A DNA stretch of 64,000 bases, from NCBI GenBank assembly GCA_965112155.1, contig OZ218101.1; one strand, given 5' to 3'. Source of the DNA: Podarcis liolepis. Its lineage: Eukaryota. Every line of letters begins with the position of its first letter. Position 1 is the first letter of the stretch. The notes beneath the pieces are model-generated. The model searched no databases and was not told where the DNA came from. It saw nothing but the letters and a program-made list of their open reading frames with translations. Made by a program: the position numbers and the translations under genes. Of the stretch, positions 52,270 through 64,000 are shown one piece after another.

Positions 52270-54619
52270 AAACCACATTAAACAGTGTTTGCTGTTTATA
52301 TATTTATTTAAAAACACTGTAAATTACCAGAGTTTTATAAAGAATAGTCAGTACATTCACACTGTAAACATTCATTTCAGTGCATGCAGTTGCCATGGTT
52401 AAACACACTGGTATGATACAACAAGCAAATCAGTTTATGATCAGCAGACATAAGAATATCAAGCCTCTCTCCTACGACAGTGTAATCTGCAGACTACAAT
52501 CAGCAGCTGAAAACTTTTGCTAGCCTTGGCAGCCAGCCAAAATTTATGGGAACTACCAACCCTGCCCCTGTCCTGGATCAGGAGAGTAGTGAGTTCTCAG
52601 CCACTGCATCAAACTGAGCAATGGAAGCATTCAAACGTACTGCTTCCAAATCCCACCGAAACATCAGTGTGTGTGTGCTCACCCTTCGCCTGAGCTAAGA
52701 GTAGGTTGAGACCTTTCCTGTGATGTCATGCTGAGCTTCAGAGGCATTTCAAAGCAGCAACAGCCTCAAATAAGGGTTTGGGCTCCACCATACCTCATGC
52801 TGAGATTCAGAGGATCCTCATTTCTTCTGAGCCAGCAGAAGGGTGGCAGCTCATTCCTGATGCCATTATGGTTTTTATAAGCACTCATTTTTCCAAAAGC
52901 CTGTGACTCCGATCTCCAAAAACTGGAGATCAGAGACACCACCTGTTTCTTGCTAGTCTATAAGACATGCTCATCACTGTCCGGTGCATTGCGGATCCCC
53001 AGAAAATATATTTCTTGTCCACATATTTTCAGTAAAACATCTTGACTTTCTTTATCTCTACAGAGATATGATTCCACAGTAATTCTGAAACCGCCATTGG
53101 CTGGCAGCCCATTCTTTTATATAGATTTTATATAAATTAAAATCACATTGATTTTAATTTAACTTGCTTTTGAATGCACTGAGGCTCAGGAAATAAGTAA
53201 ATTAGGCAGCTTTAAAAGGGAAATGCCAGCCTTAATTAGCTTATTTGTGCCAGAAATCAATGTTTTGCGGAACTGAAACATATGATTTTAGCAGTAGTAG
53301 CAGAAGACGACATTGGACTTATTGAGCATGATATTGAAGAAAAATCTTAGAGCACAGCTTTCAAGGAATCTCTTGCATGAATACCAGCCCTCCTTGATTC
53401 TTTCAAACTAGTATTCTACTTTCAAGCTACTATGTTTTTTCTGTACCTTTTGGCTTTTGAAACGAGCTCAAATGCTTCCGATATTTTAAGTTAAATTCTG
53501 TTTAAAAATGGCCAACTGTCAAAATTTGGTAAATACTGGGAGCACTATAGGCAGTTAGATTAATCAATTTACATACCTGTGGTTTCTCAAGTTCCCAAGC
53601 CTAGTCATGTGTACACTCTCTTCATTTTCTCAGAGAGAGAGAAAATAACTTCTGCCAATGTTTGTATTTGGCTTCCACACTGCCATCTATAGTCAATAGA
53701 AGAAATTAGACATCTATTAAATCTCTTGGTAGACTAATGTCACATCCAAACTCTAGCCTAGATTGTGTTAAAGGGACTCAATCATTCCCACTAATAATAT
53801 AGGCATAAAGATAGCTACAGTTTCTTTTGCAGCACAATTCCATGCACGTCTACTCAAAAGAAAGTCCCAGTGCATTCAGTAGGGCTTAATCCCAGGCAAT
53901 TTAAGTAGAAAATTGCATCCTTGAAGTATTTCTTCTATATTAACTCAAGACCATGTAAAGGTTAGGAAAAATAAGATGCATTTGTTGTCTTAATATTTAA
54001 TACTTTACAGCTTTCGGGGGGGGGGTACAATAACATATATAGCAACATTAAAACGTCCCTGATTAGCTTTGTATGAAATACACATACACAAAAAAATGTG
54101 CAATAAGCAACTATTTAAATGATATGGTTATTCTATAAAGTCAACCCATATACATATCAGAAGCTAGTACACAAACCACGTATGCTAAAAATGTAAACAG
54201 AGGTTTCCACCGCAACCCTATCAGTGTCTACTCAAAAGTAAGCCACGTTAATTCCAAGGGCATACAAGACTGCAGCGGAAGCCTAGCGTACTTCTGTGAT
54301 AGAAGTTTTCTCCATTCTATTTATGTTGTAACGTACATGTTGCCGCGTTGTCCGTTTTCTAAAGAGTACTTCTGTGTTAGAATCAAGAGTGTTTTATGCA
54401 ACCAATTTAACACATTGCCCTCCAACAAATACCCTCAGCCCTGATTCCCCTGCCATGGTAATATTATTCTCATACTCTGTTAGTCAGAAAAGCGAGACAA
54501 GCTGTCTCCTATAAGAGGTTTTGTTTTTCCGACATGCACGACTTTCCTGCCAATCATCAGTATTCTTGTGTTAGATGCGTTTAACCCAAAATCTGAACAC
54601 GCACGGACAGCAGCAATTT

Positions 54620-56600
54620 TGTCTAACACCAGACTGTACTGCTTCACTGTATATCTTGCACAGCACATACAGCGGCGGACTCGTCTCCCTCTCCCTGGAA
54701 ATTACTACTCTAGAACTGCTGTGTTCTGCACATGGCCAGGCTCCCTGCCCGCTCGACGACGCCGAGCCACTTGTCAAGAGGTACACACGCTGCTCTTACT
54801 CTCTTGCCCCTCGCTTCTGTACTTCTTCGGTCCAAAACCCCAAGTAAAAAAACAAAACAAAACATAAGCAAGCCACGCTAAAGGGGGGGGGACCCCTCTC
54901 CGTTGCCATTAGCCACACAACACGCACACAGAGCTATAGGTACGGTTACATGCATATGTATTTTTAGACAGCCAATGGAGGGGGGGTGAGGAGCAAAACA
55001 ACCGATTGCCACCACCCCCACCACCGCGAATAATCACTCACTCTTGCAGCCCTGCACCTCCATCCAGCAAAAGCAAGGCAGCAAGTTGTGCGCTACATCT
55101 CTCCCTCAGACACACAAACAGACCCCACCGAGGCAGCAGCTGGTCTCCCGATTGGCTCGTCGCCCTACTCGCCCCCCTCCGTCGCCCGCATGGCTGCAGC
55201 CACCCGGGGCTGACAATGCGGTGGAAACGGGTGTTGCCCACCTGCGCACATGGGCTGCTTCTCCTCTCGCGCTCGCTGCCTCCTGGTGCCGCAGGATGAA
55301 GTGGCGGCGGCGGCGGCGGCTCCTTGCAGCTCCCTGGGCTTCCCCCTTCGCCCGCCCCTGCTCGCTCAGCCCGCTCCAAACAGCCAGGGGGAGCCTCGCA
55401 CTGCGGGTGCCGCTCCTTCGCCGCTTGGGATTCCTAGGGAGGGAGGGAGAGAGCGAGCTCCCCGCCTCGCCTCGTAGGTCCACGAGCCGCTACTCCCTCC
55501 CCGGGAGGGAGCGCGTGAGGGAAGGAGGAGCGCGCGAGCGAGCGAGGGAGAGCGCGTGCTCTCTCCCAGGCACGTTTCTCCCGCCGGCTGCCCTCGCTTG
55601 CGAAGTCCCGGCGCATCTATAGCCGGCGCCCTCCCCTCTTTCCTCGCCCTCCTCCTCCTCCTCCCCACCCTCTTTGCTTTTTATCACATGCCCGAGTCTC
55701 TAGGCGCCTCTGGCGCCGCTCGGTGCGCGCAGCTCTTTCGCCAGCCTGCCTGCTGCCTACACACAGCCAGGCCGCCCCCTCCGCCCGCCTGCACCACAAC
55801 CTGACTGAGGCGCACAGCGCGCGCGCACACACACACACGCGGAGAGAGTCAGTCCGTCAGTCAAGTCACCTGACTCCGCTGCTCTCCCGGCCGCCCCCTT
55901 CCTTTTCCTCCCGTCGCCGACCACGCTCGTCTGAAACACTGGGCCAGCCCACCTGTCTGCGCCCCCTCCCAAGGAGCCGCGCAGCCACCCACCCCGCTCT
56001 CCCTGCCAGCTAACCACCCACCCACGCGGCCTCTCGGAGAGAGGAAGCGGGGGAGGAGGGCGGACCGGGGTGAAGGGGAGAAACAGAGAGAGAGAGGCCA
56101 CGCGGAGCCCCCTCGCCTTCCACGGCGCGCGCGCACTGCGGACGCGCACACGCGCCTGCACACTTTCCCGCCGCCCCCGAAAGGGCCGCCGGCGGGTAAA
56201 CTTCAAGCTGCCCCCACCGTGGAAGAAAGGAGAGAGGAGGCGACGGGAAGTCGAGCCGCGCGCTAGGAGATAAGAACGCGCTCTCCTTTGCTGCGGTCAC
56301 AAATCCGTTGCACAGCCGAGGCAGGCGCATCTAGGTCTACAAGGTGGAGTGCAATGAGCGGAAGTGCTTGGATTTTAAATAGTTTTGTCTGCCTACGTCA
56401 GAATCGAAACTTGCTTACCTTGAAAGGTGTCCCTTTTGTCTCACGTAGCACAGGATCAGGGTGCGGATAAAATGACCATCACTCCTCCTCACCTGGTGGG
56501 AGTAAATCTCAACACCTGGCCGCCCACGTCAGAGGGGTTTGTGTTTGGAACCGGGGTCTTAAGTGTTTTAGTCCCCTGAAGGCACTGGCACCGGCGTTCT
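54620..56600 (-). promoter_or_regulatory. CpG island, main promoter and first-exon region of an unidentified gene (probably minus strand)
   Basis: Dense undepleted CpG and GC-rich sequence with (GGC)n and (CTC)n tracts against an AT-rich, CpG-poor background. The plus strand is C-rich (minus strand G-rich). Minus-strand donors: AAG|GTAAGC (56419), CAG|GTGACT (55870), CAG|GTGGGC (55242), AGA|GTGAGT (55042). Boundaries are approximate. Confidence 0.85.
55042..55500 (-). other. Candidate first exon within the CpG island (donors at 55242 or 55042)
   Basis: GC-rich leader ending ATGTGCGCAG|GTGGGC (55242) or ATGGAGGTGCAGGGCTGCAAGA|GTGAGT (55042). The 5' boundary is unknown. Confidence 0.45.
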
Positions 56601-56707
56601 GCTCAGAGCATGTGTACACCGGAGTGAATTCCAGTGGATTTGCAGCACAATCTGATTCACATCTACTGAGATAAGAAATGTCTGCGCTGTGCCCAGTGGG
56701 GTCTTCT

Positions 56708-56708
<1 letters not shown>

Positions 56709-56745
<37 letters not shown>
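56709..56745. repeat. (CA)n microsatellite
   Basis: Direct inspection. Confidence 0.95.
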
Positions 56746-56747
<2 letters not shown>

Positions 56748-57756
56748 AGTAAGTGTGCCCTGAGTCCTGACGTCTGGTTAGCAATATAGCCTTGAATAGG
56801 GCTAACTCTAAAAAGAAGTACCTAGCTTCTCCATTGCAGTCCTATACATCCTGGTTACTGGTGCAGCAGGCAAAAGGGCTCTTTTAAGCAAGTTCCACTA
56901 ATTGTTCATCTAATCTTTCCAGTCTTGGAGATATACAAAACTTAGTCCACAGTGAAATTAATTGTGCTTATAGAGGACACTTGATCTGAGAATGCATATT
57001 TGAATTTTAGGAACATCAAATGAATTAAATCCAGGCTGGCATAAAAACAACAACTGGTCATTTGGGCTATTAATTTTGGTGAAACCAAAGTTTTCTGTTG
57101 AGGCTACAAACTATTCTACAGCACTTCTCTGAGGCTACACAGTTTGGGGACAGTAGCTTTTACACAATGGAGGAGGGGAGGAAATCAGATCTAGCTAACT
57201 TGTGTTTTTTAAAAAACTCAAAAGTATGAAGCTTCTCACAGTATAAAAATAGGCAAGGTATTCCTGCTTGCCTTGCGTAGGTAAAAACTATAAACACACA
57301 CATATAGAGAAAAAATACTGTATTGTTGGGACTCTGGTGTTTTCCTCTAGTATTTTACACTAAAGTGTGCAATCCATATCTGGTAAAGTGAATTTCAATT
57401 GACAAAATGAAATTATGTTTATAACCTTTTTTAAAGAAACAAACAAGTGGGCCCTGCAATAGAATGTCTCTTTACGAAGCAAGTCCTGCTGCTGTTAAGA
57501 ATTTCAGCCATTCCATTCCATTTTCCTTCTCCACTGTTTTTTTCTACCTTGCCCCCAATGTTCAGTGAGTATTTTTTGGTCATCGAATATGCTCAGTCCT
57601 CCTTGGTTTGCTTTGGCAGTCCCCCTCTGCACACATACTTTGGAGAATTTCCCCTAGTTTCTGTACTTCTGCACCTTGCAGTTTCCTTAAGCTTGCTGAT
57701 ACATCCCTCCTTTGTGTAGATGGCATCATTCATGTCACATTAAGCAGTAACTCTTT

Positions 57757-57930
57757 GGCTACATACATACCATACATTTAAAGCACAATCAAGTACATAA
57801 TTTCCCCGAAAAACTCCTGAGAACTGTAGTTTACCCTTCACAGAACTATAGTTCCCAACACACTTTTAAAAATACATTTCCCAGGATTCTTGGGTGAGGG
57901 CACTTTAAATGTACTGTAAGTACACAGCCT
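57757..57930. mobile_element. Older copy of the same Harbinger-like MITE family
   Basis: GGCTACATAC...CATTTAAAGCAC ... CTTTAAATGTAC...GTACACAGCC. Internal GAACTGTAGTT and TTCCCAGGATTCTT blocks resemble the 24850 copy. Confidence 0.55.
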
Positions 57931-58578
57931 CACAACCTGAACATAGGAAATAAAAGGGACTGGTCTTTGTTTCTCCAGGTAAAATTTCATCTTGTAAAAC
58001 ATATAAAGTAATAGCACACAATGGCATCCTGCAACTTCATTTTCATTGCATCTTTGCTTTCAACATATCTGAATAACTCTAACTCTGCTGTGCAAACTCA
58101 CTTTCTTGTGAGCATTATGGTTATCCTTCAGCTAATTTTATCACATCACTTTGTGTAGCCAGAAAGTCTTGCAGTCAAGGCTTCATAGTCTACACTAGTA
58201 AATAAGCTACGCAATTCACTACCAGCCCACTGGGTATGTTTTCCCCATATTCTTGTACATGATACATACATCACCAACATAAATGACAATAATTGTGTAA
58301 ACATGCTTTAGATTCCAATATTAAAATGTTACTTATTTGAGGGGGAAGTTAGCTGCAAATTATTAAAAACTAGTAGCTCCTGTTAGAATATTTCAAACAT
58401 GAATTAATATAGACAATTTACTAGCATTCGTAAATATATATTGGTCTTTAACCTGTTTTTTTAAAATAAAACTCAAAGTATGAAAACATTACTAATGTTC
58501 TAGAAATGCTACCCTTCCTTTTTTTCGAGACGTCTGAAGCAACCTTGGTTTTTGCAAATATTACCAAAGATGTATGTG

Positions 58579-58612
<34 letters not shown>

Positions 58613-58633
58613 TAGATAGATATAGATAGATAT
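58579..58633. repeat. (GATA)n microsatellite
   Basis: Direct inspection. Confidence 0.95.
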
Positions 58634-61025
58634 TGTTGTGTTTGGAGGAATTGTGTCCAGTGCCAAAGATTACACCTTCTTTCCAAGCAATTTCAGGTTG
58701 TTTCATTTTAATTGTGGCTAGAATACAAAAGCTGTTGTATATGTCTGGGGAGAAATTACCTCTGAACACACAATGAGCCATTTCTTTTTACCATATTTAA
58801 TCAAATGAAGCCTGTTGACAATTCATATCAAAGTTTCAGAAAGATGTCCCCAAACCCCATTAAGTCTAGGTGGAAGTGGGTAAGAAATGCTCAAAAAGAG
58901 ACAAACACTTTGTGTATGTCTGGTGCCTCTATCTGTGTCATCAGAACTTGTATTGATACTGTTCAGTTTCTCTGCCCTTGAGAACTTTCATATTTCCAGA
59001 TAATGAATTGGCGGACTCTTCAAGTGCTTGTTTGGTCTTCCACATAATTCAGCTTTTTGGAAAAACAACAACAGCCCTTTTTCATTCTCAGGCTTATTTA
59101 TGCTATAGATTCACCACAGGAACAGGTACTTTGGTAGTTTATTCATGCCACAGCTGATGTGCAGCAGCTGAACTGAAAAACACCTGAGAGTCCATATCCA
59201 GCCCTTAGTACACTTCTCCAGGCCATGCCTCTCACTGGCCCCAGTCTGTGCCATCCTTGAGTGCTTCTGCCTGGCGGAAATGTTTCCTTGAGCTGAGGAA
59301 ATGCTTCTTGCTTGCCTTGAAGGAGAGACGTGCGTGTGTAAACCTTTGGGTTTTGTGTAAGCTGGTATGTAGCGTACTGGACAAAGAAAAGACTGACACC
59401 CATTACTCCACACAACTTTGCCTCTGGCTACACCTGCAGCCCCATAAGGTAAAGCAGCCCTATCCACCCCTGCACTAAAATGTGATGTGATACAAGATTA
59501 TGTGGGGATGAAGGCAGATTGTCATCCAGCAACTGTGGTTGCCATTGTACAGCCCAGGCTGTTTTTGCTTCCTGCTTGGCTTTGTCCATTCCACTTGACA
59601 CAATGGTTGATCGGGTATCCATTTAACTTGTTTAGTTCTGAAGTTATCTTGCTTGGTGCATGTTCTTGGCACAATTGTGCATATCACCTGCAACAAAACC
59701 TATGTGCATTTGTGACAGTTCGGTCCTCTATGACATTTAAAATTATCCTACATTTTCTTAAATCCGAGAAAGCTGTACAAGCAGCAAAGGCACTGTAAAG
59801 AGCATGGAGGAAGTAATGTCAGCCATTTAGGCAGGTGATAAATCTGCAACTGTGCAAAAATGGGGTTCACTTCTCATTTGACCAAAGTGAACATCAGATG
59901 CCAAATTGGGGGAAGCTCTACAAGTTAACATTAAACAGGTCAGTTCTGGCAAGCTGCAGTGTAGACAACACATAATGTGTGATTTTCCAAGAAATCTAGG
60001 AAGGAGATCAGTCTGGTACAAGGAGCGCTGTTTACTCATCTTGATGAATAACCCTTTCCCACACACTGTCCAAGACCAGACTTATGTAGCTGGACTCTCT
60101 TTCCTAATATTTATTTAGACTGGCTTTATAGTTCATACTCTAGAAGTGTTCCATCTTCCTCACACTGGTGTAGAACTTAATGTCTTAATTTTGTTTAAAG
60201 ATCCAGCCCATATAGAAATGAACATCTCTTCCTCATATGCTTTTCCGTCTTGGCTGCACAGCCCTCTCATTAGCAGGGCCATTGGTCTTTAGCTGGTAGG
60301 CTGACACCTACTTGGCAGTTGGACTTGCACTGGCCTAATGTGGATTGCACCAGCATTGCCATTACTTTTTGTTTGAATGTTTGGGCTTGTTCTTAATGGG
60401 CTCTCCCAGTTGTGTTATTTCACATTCATGCTAATTTGTGCTCATGATGCTTTCAATACTGTTTGCACCTCCAGAACATTTGGGGTGATTACACTGCTTT
60501 ATTTCCATTCAGTTTATATCCTGTAACTTCCTGCTGAAACCCCATAACTTTTCATAACATTAATGTTGTGATTTGTTTTCTTTTGAATTTGTTGCACTAT
60601 AAGCCCTGTGTGGAGACACAGCAATAATGTGGTATCATTAGGGAAACATAGCTGAACAATCCAAAGCAGAACCAATCCACCACTATTATTGTGACAAGAA
60701 CATGTTGGAGATTATGCTCACAATACGATGCCAGTCTGGAGGGGCTCAAAGAAAAGAAGAGAATCAGAGACAGATCAAAGAGTGATCATAGGGAAATGAG
60801 GACAGAATTCCTTTACCTTTAAGAATGATGTTGAAGGTACTGCAGATACACCATTGATAAGTGTGGCTTTTCTCCCCCGCAACTGCATAAACAAAAACCC
60901 AACCCAGTGCCTTCCTTTTCACCCTAATTTGGGTCACCCTAAAGAGAAAACAGAAAAACTGGCATATAAAAAGCTTTTGATTAAAGGTAGGTCCTAGCTT
61001 TGTAGATTGTGAAAACGGAGCTAAT

Positions 61026-61055
61026 ATGTCAGTTTCTCAGATGTCAGTTTCTCAG
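61026..61055. repeat. 15-bp tandem duplication
   Basis: ATGTCAGTTTCTCAG x2. Confidence 0.9.
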
Positions 61056-62015
61056 ATAATTTCTCAATTATTGATCCCCTTAGATGAAGTTCAGATTTAT
61101 TATCTACTTCTCTCTTTATTACCAACACCCTGACGCACTGTGGCCTCCAAGACACTTGCAAGCTGCAATATTTCCAGAAATACTATCACAGGTGGGAAAC
61201 AGTTAAAACCTCAGAGTACAATCTTGCTTCTCAGAAAGCCCATGGAAATTGCTCTCACTGCTTTAATTGTGATGTATACCATTAATACCAAGACTGTGAC
61301 AAGAAATTCCAAATTGCACAAAGTATTTTCTGGGGACTTAATGGCCTAGTTGAAGTTAATGCGCCTCAGTTTTACTTTCAGCCATTAACATCTCTTAGGT
61401 CATTAATTAATTCCCAGGAAATGTTCTAGAAGTTTGCATCTTCATTGCTATCACTGAAATATTGTACATTATAATTAAACAGTAATCTTCATCCCTTTGT
61501 CTCCAGAATAGTCACACTTACTTCAGTCCACTAGAATAAATAGTTCGCAGTCTTAGGCACTAAAAACATAAACAAACATAACCAGTATTTGTCCCCAAGG
61601 CACCTATTCACTGTCAGAAGCATTTTTATTTACATTATTTTCCATTGTGAGTTTAAGTGAGGAGTTGTGTAAACACCCATTTACTGATTAATTTTATTTT
61701 ACTGCTTAATAATAGATCACACTAGACATAATGAAGTTCTGCTGCATAGCTTTATGGCGCACTTCAATTACAGCATCATCTTTAAAGACAAACACTCATT
61801 AATATATGGATAAATAAGTGCTCATAGAAAACTAAACAAAACAGACTATAAACAGCATGCAAAAAAGCCCCCAGTTGATTTGATGTTAGTTTCCTTGTGT
61901 TGAGTACAGACATTACTCTTTTTTTTCTTTTTCTTTTTGTAGAAGTCAGGAGATGTGGGAACCTCATGACTAGTGATCAGAGGAAGTAATCAACCCAAAA
62001 TTAAATACAACTAAC

Positions 62016-62403
62016 AGAATTGATGCTTTTGAATTATGGTGCTGGAGGAGACTCTTGAGAGTCCCATGGACTGCAAGAAGATCAAACCTCTCCATTCTGA
62101 AGGAAATCAGCCCTGAGTGCTCACTGGAAGGACAGATCATGAAGCTGAGGCTCCAATACTTTGGCCACCTCATGAAAAGAGAAGACTCCCTGGAAAAGAC
62201 CCTGATGTTGGGAAAGATAGAGGGCACAAGGAGAAGGGGATGACAGAGGACGAGATGGTTGGACAGTGTTCTTGAAGCTACCAGCATGAGTTTGACCAAA
62301 CTGCATGAGGCAGTGGAAGACAGGAGTGCCTGGCATGCTCTGGTCCATGGGGTCACGAAGAGTCGGACACGACTAAATGACTGAACAACAACAACAACAA
62401 CAA
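62016..62403 (+). mobile_element. Bov-B (RTE) LINE, 5'-truncated
   Basis: RIDAFELWCWRRLLRVPWTARRSNLSILKEISPECSLEGQIMKLRLQYFGHLMKREDSLEKTLMLGKIEG, then GGGGTCACGAAGAGTCGGACACGAC and a (CAA)n tail. Confidence 0.95.
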
Positions 62404-62930
62404 ATTTATCTGCTCTGAACAGAATCAGATGGTGTGGCAGGGCTCTGCCTGTCACCTGAACTACCTCTGGCTGAGTCCCTGGTGAAGGGAGGCAGGGAGC
62501 AAGAAGGTAGTGAGATCGGTGCAGTGTAAATGCACTGGCACAGTCAGTCCAAGCACTCCTGTTGGTCCATTTGTAACACACAGGCTTTGCCACCATCTTG
62601 TACTTCCTGTTCTCCAACATGCTATGCACCAGCAACGTAGCTGGAAGGAAGTCAGGTGAGTGGCACAGCCTTCACTGTCCCCTGCCATGCCATCTGCTAT
62701 GGGATGTTAAGAAGTAATACAGCATGGGCAGAGACATCGGGTCCACATGTTCCTTTTGCTTTTCCATTTCAACACCAGTCTCTCTTCCTCCTGCCAAATA
62801 ACCATTAAAATACCTTCAAGTTCTGTTCTCTCTGTTTCTTTCAAATAATTTTTGTTATTAACTAACAAGCAGTTCACAAATGATCATTTTATTAAAGAAA
62901 GCAGAGCTACAAGAGGCTATGAATATAGTA

Positions 62931-63165
62931 CAGTGATATTACATACACTTCAGGTTACATACGATTCAGGTTACAGACTCTCCTAACCCAGAAATAGTAC
63001 CTCGGGTTAAGAACTTTGCTCCAGGATGAGAACAGAAATCATGTGGCAGCGGCACGGCAGCAGCAGGAGGCCCCATTAGCTAAAGTGGTGCTTCAGGTTA
63101 AGAACCGTTTCAGGTTAAGAATGGACCTCCGGAACGAATTAAGTACGTAACCAGAGGTACCACTG
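62931..63165. mobile_element. CAGTGGTACCTC-family MITE
   Basis: TA|CAGTG... with a damaged left TIR and ...GAGGTACCACTG right TIR. Confidence 0.85.
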
Positions 63166-63202
63166 CATTGAGTTCTGTAACAATATTTGTTTTTCTTCTC
63201 TA

Positions 63203-63444
63203 CAGTGGTACCTCGGGTTACATATGCTTCAGGTTGCATATGCTTCAGGTTACAGACTCCGCTAACCCAGAAATAGTGCTTCAGGTTAAGAACTTTGCTT
63301 CAGGATGAGAACAGAAATCGTGCTCCGGTGGCGTGGCAGCAGCAGGGGGCCCCATTAGCTAAAGTAGTGCTTCAGGTTAAGGACAGTTTCAGGTTAAGAA
63401 CGGACCTCCGGAACGAATTAAGTATTTAACCTGAGGTACCACTG
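63203..63444. mobile_element. CAGTGGTACCTC-family MITE
   Basis: TA|CAGTGGTACCTCGGGTTA ... TAACCTGAGGTACCACTG|TA. Confidence 0.92.
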
Positions 63445-64000
63445 TATCTTAAGTTTGTCCAGTGTCAATTGTTTCATGTTTGTAGTGTACTGATTTTCAT
63501 TTCCTTCCTTAGCCTTTCTTCCACAGCTTAAGTTAAGTGTGGAAGTGGCAGGTGGAGCCAGTGTGTCCACGTTGACTTTGGGCAAAGTGGTGCATATTTT
63601 CTTGTCATTCTTCCTGGTGGTAGGAATGCTTCAGATTCTTTAAAGACTTGGCTGCTTGTCTAGGACCTCAAAGTATGGAGGAATGTCATCCTCTGGTGAC
63701 CAGCATGCTCTGCTGGCATCCTTTATTTGCCTACAGCCTCACTCAGCACAGATCTTTGGACCAGCTGTGACATTTTCTCACGCTGCATCTGAACCTTCTT
63801 TCATTCACTGAAAGTCTACTGAAACACAGATCTATGGCTAATCACACAACTCCCTACACACACGGATTTCCATAAAGACCACCACTTTCCCTCCAGTCAA
63901 AACCCATCTTTTTTCTGGTTGTTGGAATAGAATGGAGAAAGTTTGCCTTATTTGGTTTCCTGGTACTGCTCAATAAGATCCTGAAAGTTCCCATAGGTGC

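Noticed and set aside
54533-54560. Minus-strand CTGATGA-TTGGCAG-GAAA, an apparent intact hammerhead core
   Set aside because: Stem II cannot form convincingly and there is no stem I or stem III pairing, so it is probably chance.
55006-56330. Many overlapping 100-190 aa ORFs on both strands
   Set aside because: Expected from stop-codon scarcity in a GC-rich CpG island. The translations are Arg/Pro/Ala/Gly low-complexity with no recognisable domain.
61970-62635. Longest ORF in the window (221 aa, minus strand)
   Set aside because: It is the antisense reading of the Bov-B fragment plus flanks.
2452-62661. Plus-strand consensus donors (CAG|GTAAGT near 2455 and 21515, CAG|GTGAGT near 62655)
   Set aside because: They have no associated promoter, acceptor or ORF support. 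They show the chance background against which the minus-strand candidates must be judged.
1-64000. Assigning a gene symbol to the host gene
   Set aside because: None of the candidate N-terminal peptides matched a protein I can recognise. BLAST of 7867-8425, 32535-32700 and 40831-41003, or the adjacent window, is needed.

Overview
Eukaryotic, largely non-coding DNA from a squamate reptile, most likely a lacertid lizard. The evidence is Sauria SINEs, Squam3-like and Squam2-like tRNA SINEs, and a lizard-type Bov-B LINE tail. I found no complete host protein-coding gene, rRNA, tRNA or CRISPR array. The ORF track is mostly random ORFs, CpG-island ORFs and LINE remnants. The best overall reading is the 5' end of one large vertebrate gene transcribed on the minus strand. 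It starts at a CpG island (~54.6-56.6 kb), with a series of candidate alternative first and 5'-UTR exons towards coordinate 1, including a TATA/CCAAT/M-box promoter at ~8.35-8.42 kb. I cannot name the gene. The rest is transposon debris: Tc1/mariner-type TA-TSD MITEs (one nested in another), a perfect 90-bp hAT MITE, Harbinger-like MITEs, L2/CR1/RTE/Bov-B fragments, a multi-copy ~90-bp palindromic repeat and microsatellites. The most unusual signals are decayed minimal hammerhead-ribozyme-like (Penelope-type) motifs at 14.6-14.8 kb and 43.2 kb, a young Sauria SINE lacking its box B region, a microsatellite enclosed in a perfect 19-bp hairpin, and the multi-promoter architecture. I did not find convincing evidence of a wholly new biological system; these are leads.
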